Translations under genes and position numbers: made by a program
Notes under the pieces: generated by a model
Database searches by the model: none
Told to the model about the DNA's origin: nothing
The model's input: only the letters and a program-made list of their open reading frames with translations
NCBI GenBank assembly: GCA_963712275.1
Contig: CAVQHD010000001.1
Span: 1,440,001-1,504,000 of the forward strand
Direction: 5' to 3'
Origin: an uncultured Rhabdochlamydiaceae bacterium
GTDB lineage: Bacteria; Chlamydiota; Chlamydiia; Chlamydiales; Rhabdochlamydiaceae
DNA length: 64,000 bases
In this document: in pieces, positions 38,326 to 47,981 of the stretch
Layout: every line of letters starts with the position of its first letter
How positions within the stretch are numbered: position 1 is the first letter of the stretch

Positions 38326-38514
38326 TTGTCATTATCTTCTTGTGTATCAATCGCTTAAGAAAGCGCTTGAAATATGACTGTGATTAGCAATTGAATGTTA
38401 GATGGTTGTGTCTAATGTTAAAAATTTGTAAATATTATTTGTAAAATAAATACTTTATAAGCTATAATGAAATTACATTTTAAATAAAACTATATAATAA
38501 AAAAGGATAAAATC

Positions 38515-39066
38515 ATGAGTACTGGCACTGAATTTAATCCACGCCGTGAACCAACAGATAATCCATCAAATAATCAAACAGAACCTGATCAATGGACAGG
38601 GGTTAATGGAAGGCTTTGGCGTTGGACAATAGGCCGCGGCGACTATCTTCTACAGACTGCATTTAATCTAGGCGCGCTATTTGTGCAGGCAATCAAAATG
38701 ATTGTAGAAGTGGTTTCTCTGCCTGCTCGTTATGTCACTTACGCAATCAATAAGGCAGCAGATGAAGAGCTTAAAACATCACCTTATCCTAGTAAAGTCG
38801 ATAAGAACGAGGAAGCAGATGTCCTATCTCCGTTTGATGAGCTTGCCCTAGACGGCATTACCTTCATTGTCATAGGAAAACTAATTGGCCAATGCTCAGG
38901 AACAACTCTTGTTGCCCCAGGGCCACATGATCAAGAGCTTTCTGCGGGAGTGAGGGTTACCATTGATCTTTTCAAAGGTGGACTACACAAACTTCATCAA
39001 AGGGCGCCTGTTGAGTGGTCTATAAGTCGACTATTTAATAGGTTGGTTCTTGGAGTAGGAAGATGA
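38515..39066 (+). CDS. Tandem-array paralog 2 (unknown small protein)
   Basis: QWTGVNGRLWRW motif, LALDGI, TLVAPG. Shares the AT-rich upstream block. Confidence 0.75.
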   Translation: MSTGTEFNPRREPTDNPSNNQTEPDQWTGVNGRLWRWTIGRGDYLLQTAFNLGALFVQAIKMIVEVVSLPARYVTYAINKAADEELKTSPYPSKVDKNEEADVLSPFDELALDGITFIVIGKLIGQCSGTTLVAPGPHDQELSAGVRVTIDLFKGGLHKLHQRAPVEWSISRLFNRLVLGVGR

Positions 39067-39075
39067 CTTTTTTGA

Positions 39076-39438
39076 ATCCAGTCCAAGGGTATATCAGAAA
39101 AACCTTCAGACTCTAATCCGTATCGAGGAATAGGGGTTAATGGAAGGCTTTGGCGCTGGACAATAGGTCGCGGTAGCTATTTTCTACAAACCATGCTCAA
39201 TATAGCAGCCTTGTTTGTACAGACGTTTAAAATGGTTAAAGGACTCGCCTATCCTCAGGAAGATGTTGCCCCAGAGCCAGGGGACAACGATCTTTCTAAG
39301 GGAGTGGAGGTTACCGTTAATCTTCTCAAAGGGAAAATACATGAAATTTATCAAGGCGGTAAGGGTAAGTTCTCCATAAGGCAACTATTTAAAATCACTG
39401 TTTTAGGATCTAGTCCACAGAGCATCAACAACTTATGA
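39076..39438 (+). pseudogene. Tandem-array paralog 3, start-less and internally deleted copy of paralog 2
   Basis: The frame from 39076 reads ...YRGIGVNGRLWRWTIGRGSYFLQTM with no ATG before 39193. The central part of paralog 2 is missing. Confidence 0.65.
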
Positions 39439-39589
39439 AAGACCATGAAATATAACAATGATTAGCGACTGAATATCAATTAGTTATCCAAAATATTAAG
39501 AATATGTAAAAGATTATTTGTAAATAAATACTTTATAAGCTATAATAATGTTATAGATTAAATAAAAATATATAAAAAAGGATGATTTT

Positions 39590-39994
39590 ATGACCATGAT
39601 TATTAATAGCCACACATTTAGAATGTGTCTTAATCTGGGGGCTACTGTTCTCCAGGGCTTAAAATGCGTTGCTAGGGGCGCTGCCATGGCAATACTTTCT
39701 ATTACGGCTAATGGATTCAAGGGAGATTTTTCAACTCGGGCACTTGCCATTGATGGCATTGCTTTCCTTGCTTTAGGAAAACAGACTGCTATAGATGCAA
39801 AAAACGCATTTAATGTTCCACGTTCAAAAGACAATTTTTGTGAAGACATGGTGAAAACCGGTCGATTCCTTCGTGGAGACCTACAATCTCCCAGATATGC
39901 TGATATGACTCCATCTGAAATATTCAATAAATTCTTTCCCAAGGTAGAAGTAGTAGAGACTGCTTTTGGGACAACCAAGGTCCGTAAAGTCTGA
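39590..39994 (+). CDS. Tandem-array paralog 4 (lacks the GVNGRLWRW motif)
   Basis: NLGATVLQGLKC, FKGDFSTRALAIDGIA and SKDNF are shared with paralog 1. Confidence 0.7.
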   Translation: MTMIINSHTFRMCLNLGATVLQGLKCVARGAAMAILSITANGFKGDFSTRALAIDGIAFLALGKQTAIDAKNAFNVPRSKDNFCEDMVKTGRFLRGDLQSPRYADMTPSEIFNKFFPKVEVVETAFGTTKVRKV

Positions 39995-40015
39995 TAATTA
40001 ATCTTATGTTCGATT

Positions 40016-40054
40016 CAAAGGCAGGGCTATAGCTTAGCCCTGCCTTTGCTTTTT
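40016..40054. terminator. Rho-independent terminator between convergent genes
   Basis: CAAAGGCAGGGCTA-TAGCT-TAGCCCTGCCTTTG followed by CTTTTT. Confidence 0.8.
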
Positions 40055-40199
40055 AGGCGTATGCATGCACAAGCTTTGCTAATGTCTTGACTGTCGGATT
40101 TCCTCCTTCAAGATGATATACAGTCGAACGCGCTACTTCAGCTTCTTCTGCAAGATGTGTTTTATTGGAAGCTTCAAGATAAATTCTAATGACTTCGAT

Positions 40200-41774
40200 G
40201 AGGGAATTGCAAAACTAACGAAAGGGAAGACTTTTTCGGGTCCGTTTTAGCAAAACCTACAGCAACTCCGAAAAAGTCTTCCCTTTCGTCATTTCTGTAA
40301 TAGCGTTGCGATTTTCAACCACAAGTCACTTTTAACAAACACCTTGCGTCTGATATAATTAGCTTTCTGACAAACAATCACATCAGAGCAAGGAGCAAAC
40401 CACGTGGGTCAGCTGACAGACACTTTATCAAAATATTGGGAAAAAATTCAAGGCTCTCTTTTCGCTTGGTTAGAAGAAGAGCTCGATCCACTGACAGAAA
40501 AGCAGCAACAATTGGTTTCTATTTTGGAAGTGGTACGCATCGAAGACTTTCTTCCTTGCTATTACGGATGTGAGGGCCGCCCACAAAAAACACGTTCAGC
40601 AATTGCCAGATCATTCGTTGTTAAAATGGTATACAATCTCGATACGACAACATTTTTGATTGATCGCTTGAAAAGCGATAAAAACCTACGACGTATTTGT
40701 GGGTGGGAATCTCTGTCTGAACTGCCTAGTGAGGCTACTTTTTCTAGAGCCTTCACTGAGTTTGCTAAAACAGGGCTTCCTCAGCGCGCACATGAGGCGC
40801 TGATTGTAAAGACATTGAAAAACGAAGTCGTTTTGCATAATTCACGCGATTCAACCGCAATCGAGGCTCGAGAACGGCCGCAAACCAAAACTAAGAACAA
40901 GGCAACGCAAAACAGTGAAGATCCGGATCAGGAATTGGAGCCAAAGAAAAAAGGTCGCCCTAAAAAAGGCCAAAAACGAGCCAAACCCGAACCTACGCGC
41001 ATAGACAGACAAAAAACGATGACGCTAGAAGAAATGCTGGCTGATTTACCGACAGCATGCGACAAAGGTGCTAAAAAAGACAGCAAAGGTAATACAATGT
41101 ACTGGACTGGCTACAAGTTACATTTAGATACCATTGACGGAGGCATCCCTGTCAGCGCTATTGTTACTTCAGCTTCAGTTCATGACAGTCAGGTTGCAAT
41201 TCCTCTGGCCACTTTAACTGCCACGAGAATCATCAACTGCTATGACCTCATGGATGCCGCTTACGACATCCCAGGTATTATCGCACATAGCCAATCTCTC
41301 GGACACAAGCCCCTAATCGATAAGAATCCAAGAGCAGACAAACAGCTCAAAAAAGACCTTGAAGCGGAAAGTCTTGCAAGAAGAACTCTGAATTTAATTT
41401 TCCCAGAAACACTGCGTTATAATGAAAGGACAGCTGCGGAACGAACCAATTCTCGTCTGAAAGACGAATTTGGTGCTTGCAAACTCAGGGTGCGCGGACT
41501 TAGTAAGGTTGCGTGCCATCTTATGTTTGGCGTGTTGGTATTGACAGCCGACCAATTGATGAAATTGGTCACGTAATCTTGCTGTAGGGTGAAAAAGTCT
41601 TCTGGCCAATGATCAAATGGGCTCCCGCTTGTTCTCACAGTGAAGATTTTTTGGATAAAACATCTAAAATTACGAGACTGGAATCGAAAAAGTGATTTTT
41701 CGGGGCCTGCCAACCGGTTTGCATTCACTATCCCCGAAAAATCACTTTTTCGTTTCTAGTTTTGCAATTCCCTC
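40200..41774 (+). mobile_element. Complete insertion sequence (IS5/IS1182-like DDE), 1575 bp
   Basis: Perfect 18-bp TIRs GAGGGAATTGCAAAACTA (40200-40217) and TAGTTTTGCAATTCCCTC (41757-41774). 4-bp target duplication CGAT (40196-40199, 41775-41778). Confidence 0.92.
40404..41576 (+). CDS. DDE transposase (IS4/IS5 superfamily)
   Basis: PSEATFSR, RDSTAI, GYKLHL, SVHDS, MDAAYD, Y..R.AAERTNSRLK. Confidence 0.93.
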   Translation: MGQLTDTLSKYWEKIQGSLFAWLEEELDPLTEKQQQLVSILEVVRIEDFLPCYYGCEGRPQKTRSAIARSFVVKMVYNLDTTTFLIDRLKSDKNLRRICGWESLSELPSEATFSRAFTEFAKTGLPQRAHEALIVKTLKNEVVLHNSRDSTAIEARERPQTKTKNKATQNSEDPDQELEPKKKGRPKKGQKRAKPEPTRIDRQKTMTLEEMLADLPTACDKGAKKDSKGNTMYWTGYKLHLDTIDGGIPVSAIVTSASVHDSQVAIPLATLTATRIINCYDLMDAAYDIPGIIAHSQSLGHKPLIDKNPRADKQLKKDLEAESLARRTLNLIFPETLRYNERTAAERTNSRLKDEFGACKLRVRGLSKVACHLMFGVLVLTADQLMKLVT

Positions 41775-42062
41775 CGATCATTCCTTCGGAGTCTCCATCT
41801 TTTAGACAATCCCATATAGCTCGACTGATAAGTTCTTCATTAAGAATCTCTTTTGTTGGATTGCTCTCTCTAATACGAGCGTTATCTTTTAGTCCTATAA
41901 TGCGCCTGCTTTTCGAATGCACCAGCTGCTTGAAGAAGCTTTTTCGCTTGGCGGATATCTTTATCTTGACTATTTTTGTTCCCTCCTAGCAAGAGTAGTA
42001 TTTTTTACGATTAGAATTTTTGAGTTGAACCTAAACGGCTCATTTAGCTAAGCTTGCCACTT

Positions 42063-43313
42063 ATGCTAAAAAAATCTTCGATGCTTTGGCAAATTTTGAT
42101 TTCCATTGTGCTTGCCATGATCGTGGGGGCTTTTTCTACCCCAGATTCGACGGTGCTTGGGATTTCATACATTAAGTTATTTGCTTTTCTAGGGCAGCTC
42201 TTTCTCAACGGCTTAACGCTGCTCGTGGTTCCGCTTGTTTCGGTGAGCATTGTCTATGGAATTGGTCAAATGGGGCGGGATGAGTCTTTTGGCCGGCTGG
42301 GCGCTAAAACGTTCTTTTTCTACATTTTAACGACCTTTTTGGCTGTGCTAACAGGGCTTCTATGTGCCAACCTCATCCAGCCAGGAGTTCATTCGACTGC
42401 AGAGGCAAGTAGCTCTATGGATCAGCTTTTGAGTCAAGATCCTCAATCTCATGTTGATGTGATGGGGCAAATTCTATTAAAGCTGATTCCGGTCAATATT
42501 TTTGAAGCGGCCGTCCATGGGAATATGCTGGGGATTATTTTTTTCAGCCTATTATTTGGTTTTGCCTTATCGAAAATTGAAAGTAGCGCTGCTACAACGT
42601 TATCTCATCTTCTGAAAGGACTTTTTCATACGCTCATGAAAATGACTCACTTTTTCATGCGAGTGATGCCGTATGGAGTTTTTTTCTTAGTCGCCAAGGC
42701 AACTGCCATCCAAGGCTCTGAGAACTTTCTGAGGCTTGTATCGTTTTTTGCCACTGTACTCATGGGTCTTTTGGTGTTTATGTTTGTCATACTGCCGATT
42801 TTGCTTAAATTCTTTGGCTTAAGCCCCTTAAGGCACCTTCAGGCGATGGCTCCTGCCCTTGTCACGGCGTTTTCGACGAGCTCTTCGGTTGCAGCTCTCC
42901 CAATCACGATGGATTGTGTCGAGAAGCGGGCTGGGATTTCCAACCGGGTTTGCAGCTTTGTCATTCCCCTTGGAACGTCGGTGAATATGTCGGGCTCTGC
43001 CCTGTATGAGTGTGTTGCAGCCCTCTTTATCGCTCAAGCCTATGGTATTGAACTATCGCTACTGCACCAAATCATGGTGGTCTTTCTCTCTCTTCTAACC
43101 TCGATGGGAATTGCTGGAATCCCTTCGGGGAGCCTTGTGGCGATCATGATTGTCTTAAATGTCATGGGGCTTCCAGCTGAAGGGCTGGCTTTGATTTTGC
43201 CAGTTGACCGGATCCTCGATATGTGTCGAACAACCGTGAATGTCTTTAGCGACACATCATGCGCTGTTTTAGTCGCACATACCGAGGGGGAAAAAGTTTT
43301 GCGGCCTTTATGA
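42063..43313 (+). CDS. Dicarboxylate/amino acid:cation symporter (DAACS, GltP-like)
   Basis: AFSTSSSVAALP, PLGTSVNMSG, GIAGIP, VDRILDMCRTTVNV. Confidence 0.95.
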   Translation: MLKKSSMLWQILISIVLAMIVGAFSTPDSTVLGISYIKLFAFLGQLFLNGLTLLVVPLVSVSIVYGIGQMGRDESFGRLGAKTFFFYILTTFLAVLTGLLCANLIQPGVHSTAEASSSMDQLLSQDPQSHVDVMGQILLKLIPVNIFEAAVHGNMLGIIFFSLLFGFALSKIESSAATTLSHLLKGLFHTLMKMTHFFMRVMPYGVFFLVAKATAIQGSENFLRLVSFFATVLMGLLVFMFVILPILLKFFGLSPLRHLQAMAPALVTAFSTSSSVAALPITMDCVEKRAGISNRVCSFVIPLGTSVNMSGSALYECVAALFIAQAYGIELSLLHQIMVVFLSLLTSMGIAGIPSGSLVAIMIVLNVMGLPAEGLALILPVDRILDMCRTTVNVFSDTSCAVLVAHTEGEKVLRPL

Positions 43314-44369
43314 TACAAACCTGAGCTTATACTCATACCAAAAGTCTGCAAAAACGTCTCGGATGTGCTCTAAGGGTGTATTTACAAGACGCTCGATCCG
43401 CTCAAGGTTAAGTCTGTCGACCGCAAGGACTAACTGACTTTGCATCTGGTGCCCTTTTTTTGCAGAGTGCGAAGGAGTTGATTGGTACTCTTCCCAAGTA
43501 ACCGTTTTATCTTTAAGAGATTGAACAAGCTCTTTGCTTTTTTGCATATCTTTTAAAAGCCATCTGGAAAAAATGCAGTCCCAAATTTCAGGTTTTAAGA
43601 ATCCTTCTTTGATAGGGGCTGTATTACAGCTTTCCCAAAGAACTCTTTCTATTCCTTCTGCGTTAACACCTTTTGGATCTAAGCCTTGTCCTAAATAGGT
43701 CTTTGCTACAGAATCGTAGCATACGACGTTAAAGCCTTGCGCGTCCCCCACCGGATATTTTTGGTTATACCAGTAAACGTTTGAAAAATAACAGAAGTCG
43801 CCGGATTGAATAGTCTCAGAGCTACTTAAGGTAACGGAATCAAATAAACAGCTAATGGGATTTTGAATACCCGCCTTGATTTGAAGAGGATAGGGAGAAT
43901 CGCTCGCAAAGAGATGATTGAACTTTTCTTCTCTAAGCGCGTCTCTTAACATTTTATAACAAGCAATATCACGGGTAGACTCACAACCTAAAATGCTAAC
44001 AGATTGATGGATGCTGTCCAATGCGTTTGAAGGAGTTATTCCACTTTTGACAACAAACTCAGCGATGCACCGTCCTGTGACAAACGCTGGATCATTCGAT
44101 AAAATAGGATCGAAAAATTTAACAGGAGCCCAGCCATGAAAGGAAGCTCCTGAGTCAACAAGCCACTTCAGCCTAGTCGCCTCACTAAATTTTTCTAATG
44201 CATTGTAATAATCATAAGAATACCAAATGCCTTTGTTGAGAAGAGCTCTCTTTTCATCAAGGGAAAGATTTGGTAGAGCGGATTTTTGCTTTCTTTCATA
44301 GGTGTCTGCAACTATTTCTTGAAAATAGTTCAGCATAGGTTCGATAAAATTTTTAGTTGAAACAGCCAT
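43308..44369 (-). CDS. Hypothetical protein, Tgl (transglutaminase)-like papain fold suspected
   Basis: GCESTRDIACY...EEKFNHLF...GDFCYFSN...QGFNVV...YLGQGL. Confidence 0.5.
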   Translation of the reverse strand: MAVSTKNFIEPMLNYFQEIVADTYERKQKSALPNLSLDEKRALLNKGIWYSYDYYNALEKFSEATRLKWLVDSGASFHGWAPVKFFDPILSNDPAFVTGRCIAEFVVKSGITPSNALDSIHQSVSILGCESTRDIACYKMLRDALREEKFNHLFASDSPYPLQIKAGIQNPISCLFDSVTLSSSETIQSGDFCYFSNVYWYNQKYPVGDAQGFNVVCYDSVAKTYLGQGLDPKGVNAEGIERVLWESCNTAPIKEGFLKPEIWDCIFSRWLLKDMQKSKELVQSLKDKTVTWEEYQSTPSHSAKKGHQMQSQLVLAVDRLNLERIERLVNTPLEHIRDVFADFWYEYKLRFVS

Positions 44370-44371
44370 AT

Positions 44372-44977
44372 TTACTCCTTTGGTTTTTCCGTTACTTGAA
44401 CAGGGATGACCACGAGATCGTCCGCTGTGATATCTTCTAAGGCAACCGTAAATGTTTTTACAAAGTGAGCATCGGGAATATAAAGAATCCGTTTAACCAA
44501 AGAGTAGGGAAGCACTTGCTCTGCCTCATTTTTAAACCCTTTAGATGTCAGGATCTTGACAATCGCGCGGTGGCTTTTAAACGAGTGGATCGTGTCAAAG
44601 GTACTTGGGATCGCAAAGGGCCAGAAAATGAATCCAAGCACTTTGAATCCAATTCCTCTTGGAATGGCTTTTTTTGTTTTTTTCCAGGCGAGTTCCTCAG
44701 GAGAGCTGCAGGAAAGAGAGGTACTGGCTCTAGAAATCTCATAGAAATGAGACCCGGTGTTTGAAATGGTGATCTCAACAGGCTTATGCCCTTTCAGCTC
44801 ATGTTTTAAAATCGAAAGGCTTTCTTGAGATGTTAAGAGCCTGGCAGAAACTTGGATTGCTTTGTCTTCTAATGAAAAAGAAGAATCAAGGATGGTTTTC
44901 ACAGGTGTGTTTTTCATTAGCGTGAAAGAGAATAAAATTGAAAAGACAGATAAATAAAATAAATCTTTAAACTTCAT
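44372..44977 (-). CDS. Hypothetical exported/membrane protein
   Basis: Hydrophobic N-terminus and one internal hydrophobic segment. Confidence 0.65.
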   Translation of the reverse strand: MKFKDLFYLSVFSILFSFTLMKNTPVKTILDSSFSLEDKAIQVSARLLTSQESLSILKHELKGHKPVEITISNTGSHFYEISRASTSLSCSSPEELAWKKTKKAIPRGIGFKVLGFIFWPFAIPSTFDTIHSFKSHRAIVKILTSKGFKNEAEQVLPYSLVKRILYIPDAHFVKTFTVALEDITADDLVVIPVQVTEKPKE

Positions 44978-45005
44978 ATGGAAATTGTAAAGGATTTATG
45001 GGTAA

Positions 45006-45656
45006 CTAACAAGAAAAATGATATGAAGGATGAGCCAGATGAGAACGAATGGTTGCAGCTGTGAGCTCGGGATTCTCAAGATGAGGCGCATGGCCCACTC
45101 CCCTAATTTCGTAAGAAGGAATTTTAAGTCTTTGATACAGATCATGATAAGTTGTATCAAGTTGACCATGAAAAAAACAGGCTTTTGCGGGATTTTGAAA
45201 CTCTTGGGTGGCAAGAGAATGGGTTTCCATTTGATGAATGAGCAGTTGGGAATCTTGCTTTAGGCGCCTTTCCATGAGCTTGGGGAAAATTGGATGTCTT
45301 CGGAGAGATTCAAAAATAGGTTGACGGTACCACTCATCAAGGAACTCTGCCAAAGGAATGTTTTGAAGTTTTGCAATCCAGGCGCGCTCTTGCTCGCAGC
45401 GGCTCTTTTTTTCTGCATCGGTTTGTAATCCGGGATGGGCGGAAATGATGATCTTGGGAAGCGTGGAAGAAAAGGCAATTCTTCCTCCCATGGAGTATCC
45501 AATCAAAATTCCCTCTCTAGGAAGCTGAAAGGGGTAAGAAAGAGCATGGCACGTGTAGTCTGGAAGGTAGGCAATCACCTCCTCCCAATCTTGCGGGGAT
45601 CCTAAAAACCCATGCAAAAAATTAAGAGACTGTGATTTCTTTGGCGAGGTAAACAT
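45006..45656 (-). CDS. MenH-like alpha/beta hydrolase
   Basis: [37 protein letters not shown]. Confidence 0.75.
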   Translation of the reverse strand: MFTSPKKSQSLNFLHGFLGSPQDWEEVIAYLPDYTCHALSYPFQLPREGILIGYSMGGRIAFSSTLPKIIISAHPGLQTDAEKKSRCEQERAWIAKLQNIPLAEFLDEWYRQPIFESLRRHPIFPKLMERRLKQDSQLLIHQMETHSLATQEFQNPAKACFFHGQLDTTYHDLYQRLKIPSYEIRGVGHAPHLENPELTAATIRSHLAHPSYHFSC

Positions 45657-46677
45657 CTTGGATAGCGTGGAGGAGAATAACCCCTTCCTTCATCGGTTTT
45701 TGAAAGGCTTTTCGTCCTGAGATGAGCCCCATCCCCCCTCCCCTTTTGTTAATGACAGCTGTTTCAACGGCGACGGCAAGATCATTCTCTCCGGAGGGGC
45801 CTCCTGAGTTAATCAATCCTATACGCCCCATGTAACCGTTTGCCACTTGGTACCGGACGCGATCGATAGGATGATCAGAGCACAGCTTGGTATACATTTC
45901 TTCTCTTTGCTTCCCAAACTGAAGCGCTTTAAACCCTCCATTACAGACGGGAAGCTTTTGTTTAACGATATCGGCCTCAATAGTAACCCCTAGATGGTTT
46001 GCTTGCCCTGTCAAGTCTGCTGCCTCATGGTAGTCTGATGCGGGGGTTTTAAAAGCGGGATTGCGAAGATAGCACCAAAGAATCGTTGCCATTCCAAGCT
46101 CATGGGCCATTTCAAAAGATTTGCTAATCTCGATGAGCTGCTGGTGGCTTTCAGGAGAGCCAAAATAGATGGTCGCCCCAACTGCCACGCATCCCATATT
46201 CCACGCCTGCCGGACTGAGGCAAAAATGATCTGATCGTATTTGTTGGGATAGCTCAAAAGCTCATTGTGGTTAAACTTAAGAATGAACGGGATCTTGTGG
46301 GCATATTTACGCGCAACACTTCCCAAAACCCCTAAGGTAGAGGCGATACCATTGACTCCCCCTTCCAGCCCTAAGCGGATGATATTTTCAGGATCAAAGT
46401 AGTCAGGATTAACAGCAAAAGAAGCTCCTGCAGAATGCTCAATTCCCTGGTCAACAGGAAGGATGCTAAGGTAGCCGGTTCCTGCCAGCCTCCCGTGTCC
46501 AAAAAGAGTTTGGAGGTTTCTTAGAACAGGGATAGATCTGTCAGAGCAGGCAAAAACCTGGTCAATCCAGTCAGGACCAGGGATATGGAGTTTCTCTTTG
46601 GGAATAGTTTTACAGACATGCTGCAAAAGCATTTCGGAGCGAGAGCCAAGAAGCTTTTGAAGCTGAGCAAATGACAT
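45622..46677 (-). CDS. fbaB: Class I fructose-bisphosphate aldolase (DhnA/FbaB)
   Basis: [44 protein letters not shown]. Confidence 0.95.
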   Translation of the reverse strand: MSFAQLQKLLGSRSEMLLQHVCKTIPKEKLHIPGPDWIDQVFACSDRSIPVLRNLQTLFGHGRLAGTGYLSILPVDQGIEHSAGASFAVNPDYFDPENIIRLGLEGGVNGIASTLGVLGSVARKYAHKIPFILKFNHNELLSYPNKYDQIIFASVRQAWNMGCVAVGATIYFGSPESHQQLIEISKSFEMAHELGMATILWCYLRNPAFKTPASDYHEAADLTGQANHLGVTIEADIVKQKLPVCNGGFKALQFGKQREEMYTKLCSDHPIDRVRYQVANGYMGRIGLINSGGPSGENDLAVAVETAVINKRGGGMGLISGRKAFQKPMKEGVILLHAIQDVYLAKEITVS

Positions 46678-46705
46678 AAGCCTATCTATATTCCTAAGAG
46701 AGTGT

Positions 46706-47890
46706 TTAATGCAATACAACACCTTTTGTTTCAGGGACCCGCCTCCAGGTAAAATAAAAGGCAATCATTCCAAAAATGGCGTAGAGCAAAAAGGTTCCTG
46801 CGTGCGAAAGGGTAGAAGTTAAATCCATAAACGTAAAAACAACAAGAAAATTGAAAATCCAGCTGGAAAACATGGCGAGGGTCACTCCCCTGCTTCGAAT
46901 CACCGTAGGGAAAAGTTCAGCCGCCATCAGCTGGGGAATTGGCCCAAGCCCAAGGGCAAAACAGCCCACATAGAGCATCAAACTACCGACAGCAAGCCAA
47001 GGACCGGACTCAAGGCCTGCTGCCCATGAAGCTGCAAGAGTCAAAAGTGAAATCGTCATCCCTGCAATCCCTACGAGCAGAAGAGGTTTTCTCCCCTTTT
47101 TATCAATTAAGAACATTGCAAGAAGAGTGGATAAAAAATTTACAACTCCAATGAGCACTGCGGAAAAGATCGCCACCGATGGAGATTGAAAGCCGCAAAG
47201 TTGAAAAATGGAAGGAGCAAAATAGAGGACTGCATTAATTCCCGTGATTTGCTGGAAGATATTGATGAAAAGTATCGCAATTAAAGAGGAGCGAAGCGCA
47301 GGCTTTAAAAGCTCTTTCCAAGGCGCCGGTTTTGTGGTTTGAGCTGTTGAATCAGGGAGAAAAATAAACCCAACTCCATGAATCACTGCTGGAAAGATTC
47401 CAAAGCCAAACATCCATCGCCATAAACCTTCACCTGAGAGCAAGTAACTTATGGTATAAGCGCATAAAATACCAAAAGTGACAGCAAGCTGGTAGTAGCT
47501 TACAAAGCGCCCTCGCGAAGCTGCTTGGGAGAGCTCTGCAAGATACATGGGCCCCACAACAGAGATGCACCCCGCTGCAAGACCTTGGATGATACGGCCT
47601 AAAACAAGAAACTCAAGCGAGGAAGCCTTCATCGCGATGATAGCTCCAGCTAAAAATAAAAGAGCAATCCACTGCTGTGCTTTTTTTCGACCGCATACAT
47701 CTGCAATGACCCCTCCTAAGGCAGTCCCCGCCAGAGCCCCAATCAGCACTGAGCTCACGACAAACCCTTGGCTGAAAGGACTTAGCGCAAACTCGGGGAC
47801 TAAAAATAAAAGGGCTCCTGCCATGATAGCAATTGTATAGCCAAATTGAAACCCTCCAAGCACTGCAATTAAAACTTTCCAATAATTCAT
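46706..47890 (-). CDS. Sugar porter family MFS transporter
   Basis: [47 protein letters not shown]. Confidence 0.95.
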   Translation of the reverse strand: MNYWKVLIAVLGGFQFGYTIAIMAGALLFLVPEFALSPFSQGFVVSSVLIGALAGTALGGVIADVCGRKKAQQWIALLFLAGAIIAMKASSLEFLVLGRIIQGLAAGCISVVGPMYLAELSQAASRGRFVSYYQLAVTFGILCAYTISYLLSGEGLWRWMFGFGIFPAVIHGVGFIFLPDSTAQTTKPAPWKELLKPALRSSLIAILFINIFQQITGINAVLYFAPSIFQLCGFQSPSVAIFSAVLIGVVNFLSTLLAMFLIDKKGRKPLLLVGIAGMTISLLTLAASWAAGLESGPWLAVGSLMLYVGCFALGLGPIPQLMAAELFPTVIRSRGVTLAMFSSWIFNFLVVFTFMDLTSTLSHAGTFLLYAIFGMIAFYFTWRRVPETKGVVLH

Positions 47891-47981
47891 ACGAAGTAAT
47901 ATTTTTTTGATAAATTAATAAACATAGCAATAAATGACGTTATTGTTTTAAACTATCCTCCACAACATTGGGAGAACTTAA

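Larger units (their letters stand above)
40053..41973 (-). pseudogene. XRE-type HTH (addiction-module antidote-like) gene interrupted by the IS
   Basis: Removing the IS and one CGAT rejoins ...AIWDCLKDGDSEGMI|EVIRIYLEASNKTHLAEEAEVARSTVYHLEGGNPTVKTLAKLVHAYA*. The RBS AGGAGG precedes an ATA codon at 41973. Confidence 0.85.

Noticed and set aside
37834..39994. Diversity-generating retroelement or integron cassette array
   Set aside because: No reverse transcriptase or integrase is present, no adenine-specific variation was seen, and no attC-like sites were recognised.
45006..45656. Naming the hydrolase menH
   Set aside because: The motifs fit, but no other men genes are in the window, so orthology is unproven.
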